Part shown: positions 34,971-47,235 of the stretch, piece after piece | Position numbering within the stretch: position 1 is the first letter of the stretch | Layout: the number at the start of each line of letters is the position of its first letter | NCBI GenBank assembly: GCA_907165135.1 | Contig: OU015569.1 | Location: 1,550,001-1,614,000, forward strand | Direction: 5' to 3' | From: Oikopleura dioica | Lineage: Eukaryota > Animalia > Chordata | DNA: 64,000 bases | Position numbers and translations under genes: made by a program | The notes under the pieces: model-generated | What the model was told of the DNA's origin: nothing | Seen by the model: the letters and a program-made list of their open reading frames with translations, nothing else | The model's database searches: none

Positions 34971-37239
34971 ATGAAGTTTTTCTTCCTCGGCCCAGCAGGA
35001 AAAGATTCCAAAATAGAGACAGCTTTGGTTCTATTTCGTTTTGAAATCCTCGTGAAGCTGCAGCTGTAGTAGATGAGCGTTTCACGCATCGAGTTGGGGC
35101 TGGAAAATTGACTGGATTGAAAAGATCGGGAAACTTTGATGGAGAAGCACGGGAATGGTTTGAATTTCGTGGGATTCCCTTCACTGCAAAACTAAAGAGG
35201 TTTGATTATCCAACTTACTTGGATCCTTTCCAGTGGAGCGAGGAGATTCTTGATGCAACAGGCAATCCAACTTCATGAATTCATTGACTGCTAATTATTT
35301 ATTCAAGAATATGGCGATATCTGTAGGCAAGGGAACCAAGGCTCGGAGGACTGCCTGACGCTCAACATTCTGGCGCCAGATTCGCTCTCCAGCGAGCAAT
35401 CGCCTCGTGCCGTCATGATTTGGATTCATGGCGGTGCTTTTGTCACCGGAAGCGGTGCCGGTTCCAATCAGGTGAGGTCAGAACACTTTCCAATTTCCAA
35501 CGATTCTCCCAGCCATCAACTCAATCACATTACACTGATGGGCGTGCATTAGCGTTACATGAAGATGTTATAGTTGTCAATCTCAATTATCGCTTGGGCA
35601 CCGTTGGCTTCCTCGCTGGAATCGATGATGCTCATAGTTTTGGTGCAAGTTTATGTACATAAGTGGATCAATATCATTTTTTGCAGCATAAGATAAGAGG
35701 AAATTTCGGCGTTCGAGATCAGCAGGTGGCAATTGAATGGGTTTTCCGTAACATTGCCGATTTTGGAGGCGACCCAAGCCGGATCAACATTTTTGGTTGT
35801 TCTGCTGGAGGCCGCTCGGTTGGAGCCCAACTCGTCACCTCATACAACGACGGCATTATTTTCAGCGCTATCGGACAGTCTGGCGACATCTCATCCGACC
35901 TGATCTGGGACAATTTTGCAGAGGATAACTTACATGCTGTGCTTGAAAACACAAACTGCGCTGAGGCCGCTAGTCACCTTGACTGCTTACGAAATGTTGA
36001 GATTGACACTTTGCAGCGTGCTGCTGACAGCTCCAAGGAAGGTTTTGATCAGTTTTTGCATAAGAACAGTATCTCATTACTGGAACGCTATACGCAAGTT
36101 TTTCACAAAAACTACTCTTATACGTAGAATCCAAAGTCACGAATTTTCAATTGATAAATGTTTGAAATTATTACAAAAGGCACAGAACAGAGAGTGGCAG
36201 TGGGGAGTCGTCGTTGATGGTGACTTTTTGTTGACAGGTAGAGGACTAAGGCATTTTTGCATCAAGATTTCTTTTAAAAAATCATCTGTAGATGTGGAAT
36301 GAAGGAAAATACTTCTGACGAGAACTGCGTTCGCCGCCATTCCCAAGTCAAGTTCATGTCAGGACCCAAGATCAACTAATGTAAGGACTTAATTTAAGTT
36401 GTAAAAACAGTACGTGTCCGGATCTCCAGTAAGGCTGCTGCTCCGCTGACGGATACGCATTTGCACCTTCGTGGACACGCAATGACGGAGAGGGTTCTAT
36501 TGAAAAGATAAGACTTGTCAAATCAGTTTTTGATCACGAAATCATACAGTTATGAATTTCAATTTTTGACAAGCTTTTAGTCTGTAGAAGCTATGTACGA
36601 TTTTACAGTTCCTTTTGGCTACCGAAATGAGTCGCTGGAGGTAGCAAAACTTACTTACAGGTGACGTATAAAATATCACTTTCAAGTCCAACACTAAAAC
36701 TTTTTACAGAAATTGGGAGAATCCCTGGGACGAGTATTTTATTCGAAACCTGACAATCGAAGCTGAAACTGATTGGCGATACTGTGCCCCTACCATCAAT
36801 ATGCACCAAGACAGATCCTTGCTTGACGAAAATGATGAGACGTATTTCTACTACTTTGATGTTCCGTCTGATCTCTCTGGTGGCATGCAGGGGGCAAATC
36901 ATTGCACAGATAACAAGTATCAATTCGGACATCCGATTTTAAATCCGCTGTCATCGCCAGCGGATAAACTCCTGAGTCGGCAAATGATGAGATACTGGGC
37001 GAACATGGCCAAGTACGGATCCCCGAATGATCCTGAAGGAGACGATGATCTTCCGAAATGGGACGCTTATCATCAAGGTAAGTGATTTTATATTGAGCTC
37101 TTTGAGTAGAAGTTTAGAACGGCGCAACTATCTTCGAATTGACCACGGCGTCCTTGAAAACGAGGACAACTTTAGGAGCCGCTTCAGTGCCACTTGGATT
37201 GACACCATTCGAAATGTCGAAGATCTCCGAAACGACTAA
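34971..37239 (+). CDS. Type-B carboxylesterase / cholinesterase-like protein; central exons not resolved
   Basis: FRGIPF, SEDCLTLN, WIHGGAF, LNYRLG, NFGVRDQQVAIEWV, FGGDPSRINIFGCSAGG, GANHCTD and MMRYWANMAKYGSPN. Confidence 0.85.
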
Positions 37240-37603
37240 ACTTTACAATAAAAAAATCGGTTCCGAATGAACTTTTTTCAAATTTGTGCGTTGTCATGTT
37301 TCTGCTTGTATAAATATTTCTCCGCTGATCGGGCTTAATAAGGTGGAAGCGATTGGCTCGAGTTTTAGCGGCTCAAGTTAGAGTACTTCTTGGATCCGCC
37401 GCGCTGGTGATTTCGTGTTACTTCCGAGAGGTACAGTTATTGACGTAGCAAAATATATGCACGTTTTTGCTTAGATTTGAGTTTTATTTCAGAATTCAAA
37501 AGTATCTTTGTTGCAGCGAAAACGAGAGAGAGAGTGGTTAAAAACGAGTAAGGGATTGCGGGTCAGAATCGTAGAGTCGAATTGTAGAAAAAGGAAGAAT
37601 ATT

Positions 37604-38238
37604 CTAAACAAGGCCGTCGTAGAGAGAAAGCGCCTGGACGATGGACTTGTCCATTCTAGCGCCTTCGAAGAACTCTTCCTTTGAGAGCTCGCCATTGCCA
37701 TCTTCGTCCATTTTGGCGAAAATGCGGTCCACTTTTTGCTCAGGTGTTTCGGACTCCGAGAAGTTGCCAACCATGCGGAAGATGGCGGTAACAATTTGCA
37801 TCATTTCTTCGCGAGAGATTGTTCCGTTGTTGTCGATGTCGTACAATCGGAAAGCCCCTAAACAGTCGTGTGAGTTCAAAAGTTTGATTTTAGGGAAAAA
37901 TAAGGGATAATATAGTAAGAGGAGAACTTACATTCGAGTTTTTCTTCGAAGTGACCTCGAGAAGTTAGTGAGAGGGCTGTTATAAACTCGGTGAATTCGA
38001 TGCTTCCGTCGTTATTCTCGTCGAAGACGTTGAAGACGAATGCGGCAAATGCAGAAGGATCGCCCTTGGGGAAGAAGCTCTGGTAGATCTTGGCGAATTC
38101 GTATCTAGTCAGCTTCCCAGTTGGGCAATCTTGGAGGAAGCCGTCGTGCCAGTGCCGGATCTCCTCGCGAGTGAAGTTCGTCTCTTCAACCAGCTTGTTC
38201 ATCGCAACCTTGTTGAGCTTTGACTTGTGGATTCCCAT
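37604..38238 (-). CDS. NCS1: Neuronal calcium sensor (frequenin/NCS-1), two exons
   Basis: Myristoylation-type MGIHKS start, [10 protein letters not shown] loops [24 protein letters not shown] and [13 protein letters not shown]-terminus [13 protein letters not shown]. Confidence 0.93.
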
Positions 38239-38635
38239 TTCTTTCTTTTTGTTCTTTCGAGTTTTTCGATTTTTGTTATGAGCTCTAGTCCGCGGTTGCC
38301 ACTTATATATACTGCTCCTGACGTAATAATGGAGCGAGCGCCGTAAAATTTTATTTGCCTTCTAAGTAGTTCGTTACTCACAGAATTTAACCGACCTTGA
38401 ACACTTCAAGCATTTATGGAGCTATTTACGAGCAGAAGGCAGATTGGAAAGGCGATCTTTCTTGTTGATAAGGGCTTCCTCTTATGTTTTAGGGTCGCTA
38501 AAACGGAACAGCTCACTTATTCACCGCTGATTAATTGATTTGTTTTTAGGAAACAGCGACAACAAACAGGAAGTCACCTAATTATAGAATTCAAAGTCAA
38601 CATCAGAAGTTTCAGTTTTCGAAAAATCAGGGTGG

Positions 38636-39060
38636 TTCTCTAGAACACGGGAGGCGAAAAGTTGTTTCTGAAATTTTTCATTCATTACTTTCTCAGCGAA
38701 AGTGATTGAAAGTCCGAAAAAGACAAGATAAAGGTAAGCTAAACTAATTTTCAGTTTCATCATTTTTATCTTATTTTGCTAGTGCTGCAAGTGGCGCTCT
38801 CCGAGAAGCTTTCGTTCACCTGTCCCTTCGAAGAAAATGGTGGACGAAGAAATCGAGCGAAAACAAAAAGAACTTGCGGAGAAGTCAATGACCTAAAGAA
38901 GTGACCGGCAAATATACAGTCTGAAAACTGTTACTACCTTCAACACTTCCTGAATAAAATCAATTTGAATTCCAAAAAAAAATTTTTAAGATTTTGTAAT
39001 CAAAAAATTTGCTTTACAAAATCTTTGATATTCTTTTGTCATTCTTATTTCAGCAAAAAG
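38636..39060 (+). repeat. Dispersed repeat family copy B3
   Basis: TCTAGAACACGGG (from 38639), GTGATTGAAAGTCCGAA, AAG|GTAAG and CCTGAATAAAATCAATTT (38949-38966). Confidence 0.75.
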
Positions 39061-40659
39061 CAAAGCAGGGCATTTCAATTTCAACAAAAAATAATAAGTG
39101 AAAGCAACTTTTTAAGGTTCTCATTGAGCTTTTTTTCTGGCAATTTGGAACCTTTTTGCGCGATTATGCGCCATGAACTGGCCGTCTAATTATCTGAGTT
39201 GAATTCAAAAAGGCGGCCAAATGCGACACGTAGTTTTTCGCCAGTAAGTAGCTGAAATGGGTTCAACTAGCATTTTCCGGCGAAGCAAAAGTAGAGCGAT
39301 TAATTGCCACTGCTCGGGAATAATTGAAAGGTTGAGCGAGGAATTTCGCGCGACAGAGCCAAGTGCCGCCAATTACATTACATAGTCGTTACTAATCTGC
39401 TCGAGTTCCGGTACTTGAGAAGAGCTCCCACTCGCGCAGAGGCAGAATTCATCTGATAAGCGATGCACTCATCATTTCCTGCGTTTCCCATCGTTAGCAG
39501 TTTACGTGAACTCTTATCGACTCCGTTATAGTGAAAAGAAATTTCGCCACTCAAAAACTATAGGAACTATAGGAAAACGTGTAAAAATATGTGTTGGTCG
39601 AGAATAAGGGTTCATTTTGACCAAGATTGAGCCAAAAACTCGAGAAGAAATCGCTCAAAGTTCCCCAAAAAAGTGAATTTTGCGGATTTTTGCCTCTACT
39701 TTTACATTCTTTTGTCAAAACTATGGGTAGGGCCCAGCCGCAAAAAATGGCCAACTCGAAATCGCTGTTTTTTTCAAAATCTGTCATGATAGGATGATAG
39801 AGCAGCTCAAGCTGAACAACTTTCATATTGAAGACTTTTGAAAAACCTTTGTTGTGTGACCGGAAATGACCTGCAAAAGTCCGAAAATCGCACCAAAATC
39901 GGTTTTTGGCCTGCGCAAGGTGTGCGCATCGGAAAAGTGTCTATTTTTTCTTCTTATTAAAAAGCTCAGGCTCTGAGCTATCTGTAGGTACCAAAAAAGT
40001 GGTCTTGGTACCCATTTTTCTAAGTAAAGACTGCCGGAAAGTACCGGAAACCAGCGAAAACTGGCAAAAATGCCGGAAATTAAGGATAGGCTTCTAACTA
40101 CTACATCTTTTTCGTCCTCGACGTTTAAAAACACTTAAGGTCAACTTCGGCCACTAAGTGCCGGAGGACCTCCCGGAGGACCCCTCTGCTGGAAGACAAG
40201 CTGCTGGAAGACCAGTATTTAAAAATAAAGACACAAACAAAATATAAAGGCTGGATTGGCTGGTTATTGCCGTATTCGGCCACTTGATGCCGGAGGACCT
40301 CCTGGAGGACCCCTCAGCTGGAAAACAAGGTACTGGAAGACCAGTATTTAAGAAGAAAGATATAAATAAAATATAAAGCCTGGATTGCCTCGTTATTGCC
40401 GTTATCGGCCACTTGATGCCGAAGGACCTCCCGGAGGACCCTCTGCTGGAAGACAAGCTGATGGAAGACCAAAATAAAAAAATAAATAAAAAGCCTTGTC
40501 TGGGCACAAATTGCCACATTTGGCCAAACTCGATCACTTAAGAGACATCTCGAAAGACCTTAAACAAAAGACATACTGCTGGAAGACTTATTGGAAAAAA
40601 TAAGTTGCTTTTCTTGTAACACGTCTGTTTATTAAATTTGTCAAGGAAGAAGAGGCCCG

Positions 40660-41570
40660 TTAATTCTTTTCAATCAGAACCAGGGCGAAGCCGACCCGGA
40701 GGAGGCCACGCCCGCTTATTCTTTTCAATCAGAGTCAGGGCGAAGCCGACCCGAAGGGAGGCCACGCCCGGTTATTCTTTTCAATCAGAGTCAGGGCGAA
40801 GCCGACCCGAAGGGAGGCCACGCCCGTTTATTCTTTTCAATCAGAGTCAGGGCGAAGCCGACCCGAAGGGAGGCCACGCCCATTAATTCTTTCAATCAGA
40901 ACCAGGGCGAAGCCGACTCGAAGGGAGGCAACGCCCGTTTATTCTTTTCAATCAGAGTCAGGGCGAAGCCGACCCGGAGGAGGCAACGCCCGTTTATTCT
41001 TTTCAATCAGAGTCAGGGCGAAGCCGACCCGAAGGGGATGCCACGCCCGTTTGTTCTTTCAATCAGAGTCAGGGCGAAGCGGACCCGAAGGGGAGGCCAC
41101 GCTTGTTTATTCTTTTCAATCAGAGTCAGGGCGAAGCCGACCCGAAGGGGAGGCAACGCCCGTTTATTCTTTTCAAACAGACTCAGGGCGAAGCGGACCC
41201 GAAGGGGAGGCCACGCCCGTTTGTTCTTTCAATCAGAGTCAGGGCGAAGCCGACCCGAAGGAGGCAACGCCCGTTTATTCTTTCAAACAGACTCAGGGCG
41301 AAGCGGACCCGAAGGGAGGCCACGCTTGTTTATTCTTTTCAATCAGAGTCAGGGCGAAGCCGACCCGAAGGGTGGCAACGCCCGTTTATTCTTTTCAATC
41401 AGAGTCAGGGCGAAGCCGTCCCGAAGAGGAGGCAACGCCCGTTTATTCTTTCAATCAGAGTCAGGGCGAAGCCGACCCGAAGGAGGCAACGCCCGTTTAT
41501 TCTTTTCAATCAGAGTCAGGGCGAAGCCGACAAGAAGTCGAGGCTACGCTTGCTTATTCTTTTCAATCAG
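40660..41570 (+). repeat. ~57-bp tandem minisatellite (~16 units), left arm
   Basis: Unit TCTTTTCAATCAGAGTCAGGGCGAAGCCGACCCGAAGGGAGGCCACGCCCGTTTAT. Confidence 0.95.
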
Positions 41571-41877
41571 AGCCAGGCCGAAAGGGTTTAACAGGCCTTG
41601 ACTTGTTCGCTTCTTATCGTTGAATTCCGATCTTCTGGGAATTTCGAATTTTGAATCTGTGAAAAGCCTCCCGGATGATTCGTGAGACTGATAGGTTCGG
41701 AAAAACTCGAAATACTCAGGATCTTGTACAGATGAAATGCTCGGTCTGGGACAGCCATATTTCACGGAAGCGTCTTAAACCAGGCGTTTTTTTTTTATTT
41801 TTGTCTCTAGCGTCAATTTTGCTTCCAACAAAAAAAATCACCCCCGGTCGGGTTCCAGATTATCCATCGCGGTCGGC

Positions 41878-42810
41878 TGTGCCCTGACTCTGATTGGAAA
41901 GTGTTAACAGGCGTGGCCTCCCCTTCGGGTCGGCTTCGCCCTGACTCTGATTCAAAAGAATAAACTGGTTTGGCCTCCCCTTCGGGTCGGCTTCGCCCTG
42001 TTTCTGATTGGTGAGAATAAACGGGCGTTGCCTCTCCTTCGGGTCGGCTTTGCCCTGACTCTGATTGAATAGAATAAACGGCCGTTGCCTCTCCTTCGTG
42101 TCGGCTTCGCCCTGACTCTGATTGAATAGAATAAACGGCCGTTGCCTCCCTTCGTGTCGGCTTCGCCCTGACTCTGATTGAATAGAATAAACGGCCGTTG
42201 CCTCTCCTTCGGGTCGGCTTCGCCCTGACTCTGATTGAATAGAATAAACGGCCGTTGCCTCTCCTTCGTGTCGGCTTCGCCCTGACTCTGATTGAAAGAA
42301 TAAACGGGCGTTGCCTCCCTTCGGGTCGGCTTCGCCCTGACTCTGATTGAAAAGAATAAACGGGCGTTGCCTCCTCTTCGGGTCGGCTTCGCCCTGGTTC
42401 TGATTGAAAGAATAAACGGGCGTGGCCTCCCTTCGGGTCCGCTTCGCCCTGACTCTGATTGAAAAGATTAACGGGCGTTGCCTCCCTTCGGGTCGGCTTC
42501 GCCCTGGTTCTGATTGAAAGAATAAACGGGCGTGGCCTCCCCTTCGGGTCCGCTTCGCCCTGACTCTGATTGAAAAGAATAAATGGGCGTGGCCTCCCCT
42601 TCGGGTCGGCTTCGCCCTGACTCTGATTGAAAAGAATAAACGGGCGTGGCCTCCCCTTCGGGTCGGCTTCGCCCTGGTTCTGATTGAAAAGAATAAACGG
42701 GCGTGGCCTCCCCTTCGGGTCGGCTTCGCCCTGACTCTGATTGAAAAGAATAACCGGGCGTGGCCTCCCCTTCGGGTCGGCTTCGCCCTGGTTCTGATTG
42801 AAAAGAATTA
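41878..42810 (-). repeat. ~57-bp tandem minisatellite (~17 units), right arm, inverted
   Basis: Reverse complement of the left-arm unit. Confidence 0.95.
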
Positions 42811-43009
42811 ACGGGCCTCTTCTTTCTTGACAAATTTAATAAACAGACGTGTTACAAGAAAAGCAACTTATTTTTTCCAATTAGTCTTCCAGCAGTCTGT
42901 CTTTTTGTTTAAGGTCTTTCGAGATGTCTCTTAAGTGATCGAGTTTGGCCAAATGTGGCAATTTGTGCCCAGACAAGGCTTTTTATTTATTTTTTTTTTT
43001 ATTTTGGTC

Positions 43010-43580
43010 TTCCATCAGCTTGTCTTCCAGCAGAGGGTCCTCCGGGAGGTCCTTCGGCATCAAGTGGCCGATAACGGCAATAACGAGGCAATCCAGGCTT
43101 TATATTTTATTTATATCTTTCTTCTTAAATACTGGTCTTCCAGTACCTTGTTTTCCAGCTGAGGGGTCCTCCAGGAGGTCCTCCGGCATCAAGTGGCCGA
43201 ATACGGCAATAACCAGCCAATCCAGCCTTTATATTTTGTTTGTGTCTTTATTTTTAAATACTGGTCTTCCAGTACCTTGTTTTCCAGCTGAGGGGTCCTC
43301 CAGGAGGTCTTCCGGCATCAAGTGGCCGAATACGGCAATAACCAGCCAATCCAGCCTTTATATTTTGTTTGTGTCTTTATTTTTAAATACTGGTCTTCCA
43401 GTACCTTGTTTTCCAGCTGAGGGGTCCTCCAGGAGGTCTTCCGGCATCAAGTGGCCGAATACGGCAATAACCAGCCAATCCAGCCTTTATATTTTGTTTG
43501 TGTCTTTATTTTTAAATACTGGTCTTCCAGCAGCTTGTCTTCCAGCAGAGGGGTCCTCCGGGAGGTCCTCCGGCACTTAG
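43010..43580. repeat. ~129-bp subterminal tandem repeats (~4.4 copies; ~2.4 inverted copies at 40154-40480)
   Basis: CAGTACCTTGTTTTCCAGCTGAGGGGTCC recurs at 43141, 43270 and 43399. Confidence 0.85.
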
Positions 43581-44298
43581 TGGCCGAAGTTGACCTTGAG
43601 TGTTTTTAAACGTCGAGGACGAAAAAGATGTAGTAGTTAGAAGCCTATCCTTAATTTCCGGCATTTTTGCCAGTTTTCGCTGGTTTCCGGTACTTTCCGG
43701 CAGTCTTTACTCAGAAAAAATGGGTACCAAGACCACTTTTTTTTGGTACCTACAGATAGCTCAGAGCCTGAGCTTTTTAATTAGAAGAAAAAAATAGACA
43801 CTTTTCCGATGCGCACACCTTGCGCAGGCCAAAAAACCGATTTTGGTGCGATTTTCGGACTTTTGCAGGTCATTTCCGGTCACACAACAAAGGTTTTTCA
43901 AAAGTCTTCAATATGAAAGTTGTTTAGCTTGAGCTGCTCTATCATCCTATCATGACAGATTTTGAAAAAACAGCGATTTCGAGTTGGCCATTTTTGCGGC
44001 TGGGCCCTAACTATGGGTTGAAACTGAGTGAGAGCCAATTTTTCGTTAAAACAGGCTTCACGAACCATTTTCTATTCAAGAAAAAACTGCTCGACAAAAG
44101 GAATTATTGAATTTTTTAGAAAAACCGGGTCTTATGATCGACCACCACCCCTTAAAAGCGACGACAAGCGGAAAATATTTCAGAACTTTGTTCTCGGCTC
44201 CTGAAAAATACATTAGTACTATGAAAATATTTGTTCTTTTTTTATCAGTCTCAGTAGCAACGGATTGCAATAAAGTGAGAGAATTCCTCTATCCAGAT

Positions 44299-44866
44299 GA
44301 TGAATGAAAATGACATTCTCGGGACCGAACTCTGATCCCCATGTTTCTTGTGCTTATCTTGAAGCCCGTGTTCTGAGTAGTCGAACAGTATAGGTTAGGG
44401 GTCTAAGTCATCAACAATGACGTCATAGGGATAACCTATTGGTCGAAACCTATGTAGTCCTCTAATTTTTAACTGAGTGTATAAAAGTAATTTGATCTTG
44501 GGCTCATTCAAAAGGGCAGCTCGAGATCTAGGTCGGGAGACAAAAACCACGGTCAACCACCCGTTGAACCACGTGGTAAAAATCTTGAAACCGGGCGGTT
44601 AACAGCGATTTATAGCTCCCGACCTAGATCTCGAGCTCGTCTTTCGAATGAGCCCAAAATCAACATATTTTTATATGTTCAATAAAAAGTTATGGCACTA
44701 CATAGGTTTTCCCCATAAGGCCCTCTTTCCGACCGAAATGACGTCATTGACGATGACTCAGACCCTAAGTTACATACCATTGGACTCCCCAGATCACGCG
44801 CTTTCAGATAAGCTCAAGAAACATGGGGGTCAATATTTCGTCCCGAGAATGTCATTTTCATCCATC
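44299..44866. mobile_element. Palindromic MITE (~568 bp) in a coding exon
   Basis: GATGAATGAAAATGACATTCTCGGGA...TCCCGAGAATGTCATTTTCATCCATC with internal inverted blocks throughout. Duplicated AGAT flanks (TSD length ambiguous, 2-6 bp). Confidence 0.85.
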
Positions 44867-45245
44867 AGATGAACCTTCTTGTGGCAGCTCAATGAGCTGT
44901 GGAGATGATTACGCTTGTGTTGTGACTGAAACATGCTCCTCTTATCAATGTTTGAGCGCTCCTCAATGCCCAGCTGGTACCACCTACACCGTATTTACTT
45001 CCACTGCAGCTGAGTATGGGAATGAAACTCATGCATATAGTGTAAATGATGGATTCTACTGTGCACCCGATGGTTTATTATGCGATTATGATGATAATGG
45101 CGACTTCTTCATCAAAATGATAGTCGACGATAAGCTTCCCGGTTCAGACTTCGGTATTCCAGATACACGTGAAGTGACACTGATTTCAAAGTCAAAACAT
45201 GATCAGCATTCCGATGGACCATTTAAGCAATTTTCAACCTCTAAT

Positions 45246-45751
45246 CAGAGTTGCAAATTTGGCTTTATTTTCGCTGAGCTGAGCTTAGCTGAGCTGAATG
45301 AGAAATTCTCTGAGCTGAGTTGAGCTGGCCTATTTCGGAGCGCACTGAGCTGAGCTGAGCTGAGTTGGCCATTTTCAGAGGTCATTGAGCTGAGCTGAGC
45401 TGAGCAGACCCTTTTTTAAGGTAGTTGAGCTGAGTTGAGCTGAGCAGACCCTAATTAGAGCTGAGCTGGGCTGAGTGAGCTGAGTTGAGCTATTTTTTAC
45501 TGTTTTTTAGTAGTGAAATTGTGTTAATATCATTGAGCTGAGCTGAGCTGAGCTGAATGATGCTTGTCTGAGCTGAGCAGAAAAGATCATGTTCGTGAAT
45601 AATTGAGCTGAGCTGAGCTAAGTGATTATTGTCTGAGCTGAGCTGAGCAGATAAATTCATTTTCGAAAATCAGTGAGCTGAGCTGAGCTGAGCGACTGCT
45701 CAGCTCACTCAGCCAGCTCAGCTCACTCAGCTCAGCAAATTTGCAACTCTG
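45246..45751. mobile_element. hAT-type MITE (506 bp) filled with GAGCT pentamers, in a coding exon
   Basis: 16-bp perfect TIR CAGAGTTGCAAATTTG; 8-bp TSD CCTCTAAT (45238-45245, 45752-45759). Confidence 0.93.
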
Positions 45752-46924
45752 CCTCTAATTGCAAAGGACAAGTAGTTGGAGACAAGGTCTTCTTCAAAAA
45801 ATCTGTAACGGACCCAAATTGTGCTAATGAGTTTGATTTCAGTTATGGCCTTTCTGAAACAAATGGGTACATGCATGTTATCGATTTCGCTATAGGTTAA
45901 AAGAAATGGATCAAATATATTTTTAATATGCTCTAATAGGTTTTGACGATTTGTGGCAAGTAAATTCTTTCGGAAAAGAAACAATTCAAAAAGGAGGTGT
46001 TTCGAAGATTTTACAATGTAGAATGAAGACGTCAAGTGGTGGATACTGGGATCCAAACCCAAAAGTGAATCGACTTTTCAACTACGAAAATGCTACATTT
46101 GATGTTGATTTTCAGTTTGATGTGTATTCAGATGATCAATTTTCCATAGGACAGAAATTAAACTGGACCATTTCAAAACTATTCTTTATTATCGAACTCA
46201 ATTTATATCTCTGTATTAGAATCAAATGGCATAATCGTGCTTAATGAAGGGAAAAGTAACGGAGGAATGTATATTAATGCCAAATCTGATCGTGTGAACA
46301 ATTACATTTTTCATCTGAGGTATTTTTTTTTGCTTTATTGATAATCTAAATATAAATTCTCAGAGAATGCACAACGTTTTTGCATGAAAAGTCAATTGAT
46401 AACGATGGCACACTCCGAACAACACAAAGATCTTTTTCATTCTTGAACAACGGCTGCATAGAAAATGATATTAATGATGGTCGAGGAAAAGGCTACAACC
46501 AACTAGATAGTACTTATTATCAAAAAATAACTCGGACAGAATGGACCAATTCAACAAATACAGTACACAATGATCAGCTTCTTATAAAAGCTGAGGTTGA
46601 CAAAAATACAAAAGACGGTATAGACAAGGTAATGTTTGTTAAAAACCGAATCAGATGATTTCAGTACACATACTCGTGTGAGATGGTTCTATGTCCGACC
46701 GAAGCTATAATGCTAGAAGATGATCCAACAAAACCATGCTACTGGAATAGCGAGAAATGCCCGGGTCGATATGAAAATTTGTTCTCTGAGCCAACCTCGC
46801 GAGATAGAAGATCAACAAGATCGAATGCTGTTGAGACGGTTAACTCTGTGCAGAAAATTAAGATGATTAGAAAGGAAGTCGAGTTCAGAATTCAGAGAAG
46901 CGCCAATCTTACATCGACTGAAAC

Positions 46925-47025
46925 AGAAGATACTCCTGAAACGACAACAACAACATCCACAACAACAACAGCAACATCAACAACAACAACATCAACAACA
47001 ACATCACCACCAACAACAAAAACAT

Positions 47026-47056
<31 letters not shown>

Positions 47057-47235
47057 AAAAACAACATCATCAACATCATCAACAACAACATCAACAACGA
47101 CAACAACAACAAAAACAACTACAACAAAAATAACTACAACAACAACTACAACTACAACTACAACTACAACTACAGTGAAAACCGAAACGACAACTACAGC
47201 AAAAACTACAATAACAACTACAACGGCAGCGCCGA
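46925..47235 (+). repeat. (ACA/ACT)n-rich tract encoding a poly-Thr mucin stalk
   Basis: Visible triplet repeat inside ORF 46683-47312. Confidence 0.9.

Larger units (their letters stand above)
39728..44009. mobile_element. Non-autonomous foldback-type DNA transposon (4282 bp) with hAT-like ends
   Basis: Ends TAGGGCCCAGCCGC...GCGGCTGGGCCCTA; 8-bp TSD ACTATGGG (39720-39727, 44010-44017). Arms of ~1.85 and ~2.1 kb are mutual inverted repeats around a ~300-bp spacer. No transposase ORF. Confidence 0.92.

Noticed and set aside
38329-38580. Possible small + strand gene divergent from NCS-1
   Set aside because: No consistent phase-compatible exon chain or recognisable peptide, and the adjoining 'exon' belongs to the dispersed repeat copy B3.
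41038-41623. Long ORFs in three frames (and at 42468-42833, 42945-43580)
   Set aside because: They are by-products of stop-poor tandem repeats with no protein-like content.
40660-42810. CRISPR-like array
   Set aside because: Units are contiguous near-identical repeats with no unique spacers, there are no cas genes, and the context is eukaryotic; it is a minisatellite inside a transposon.
39728-44009. Polinton/Maverick interpretation
   Set aside because: The TSD is 8 bp rather than 6 bp, the termini are TAGGG, and there are no polB or integrase ORFs.
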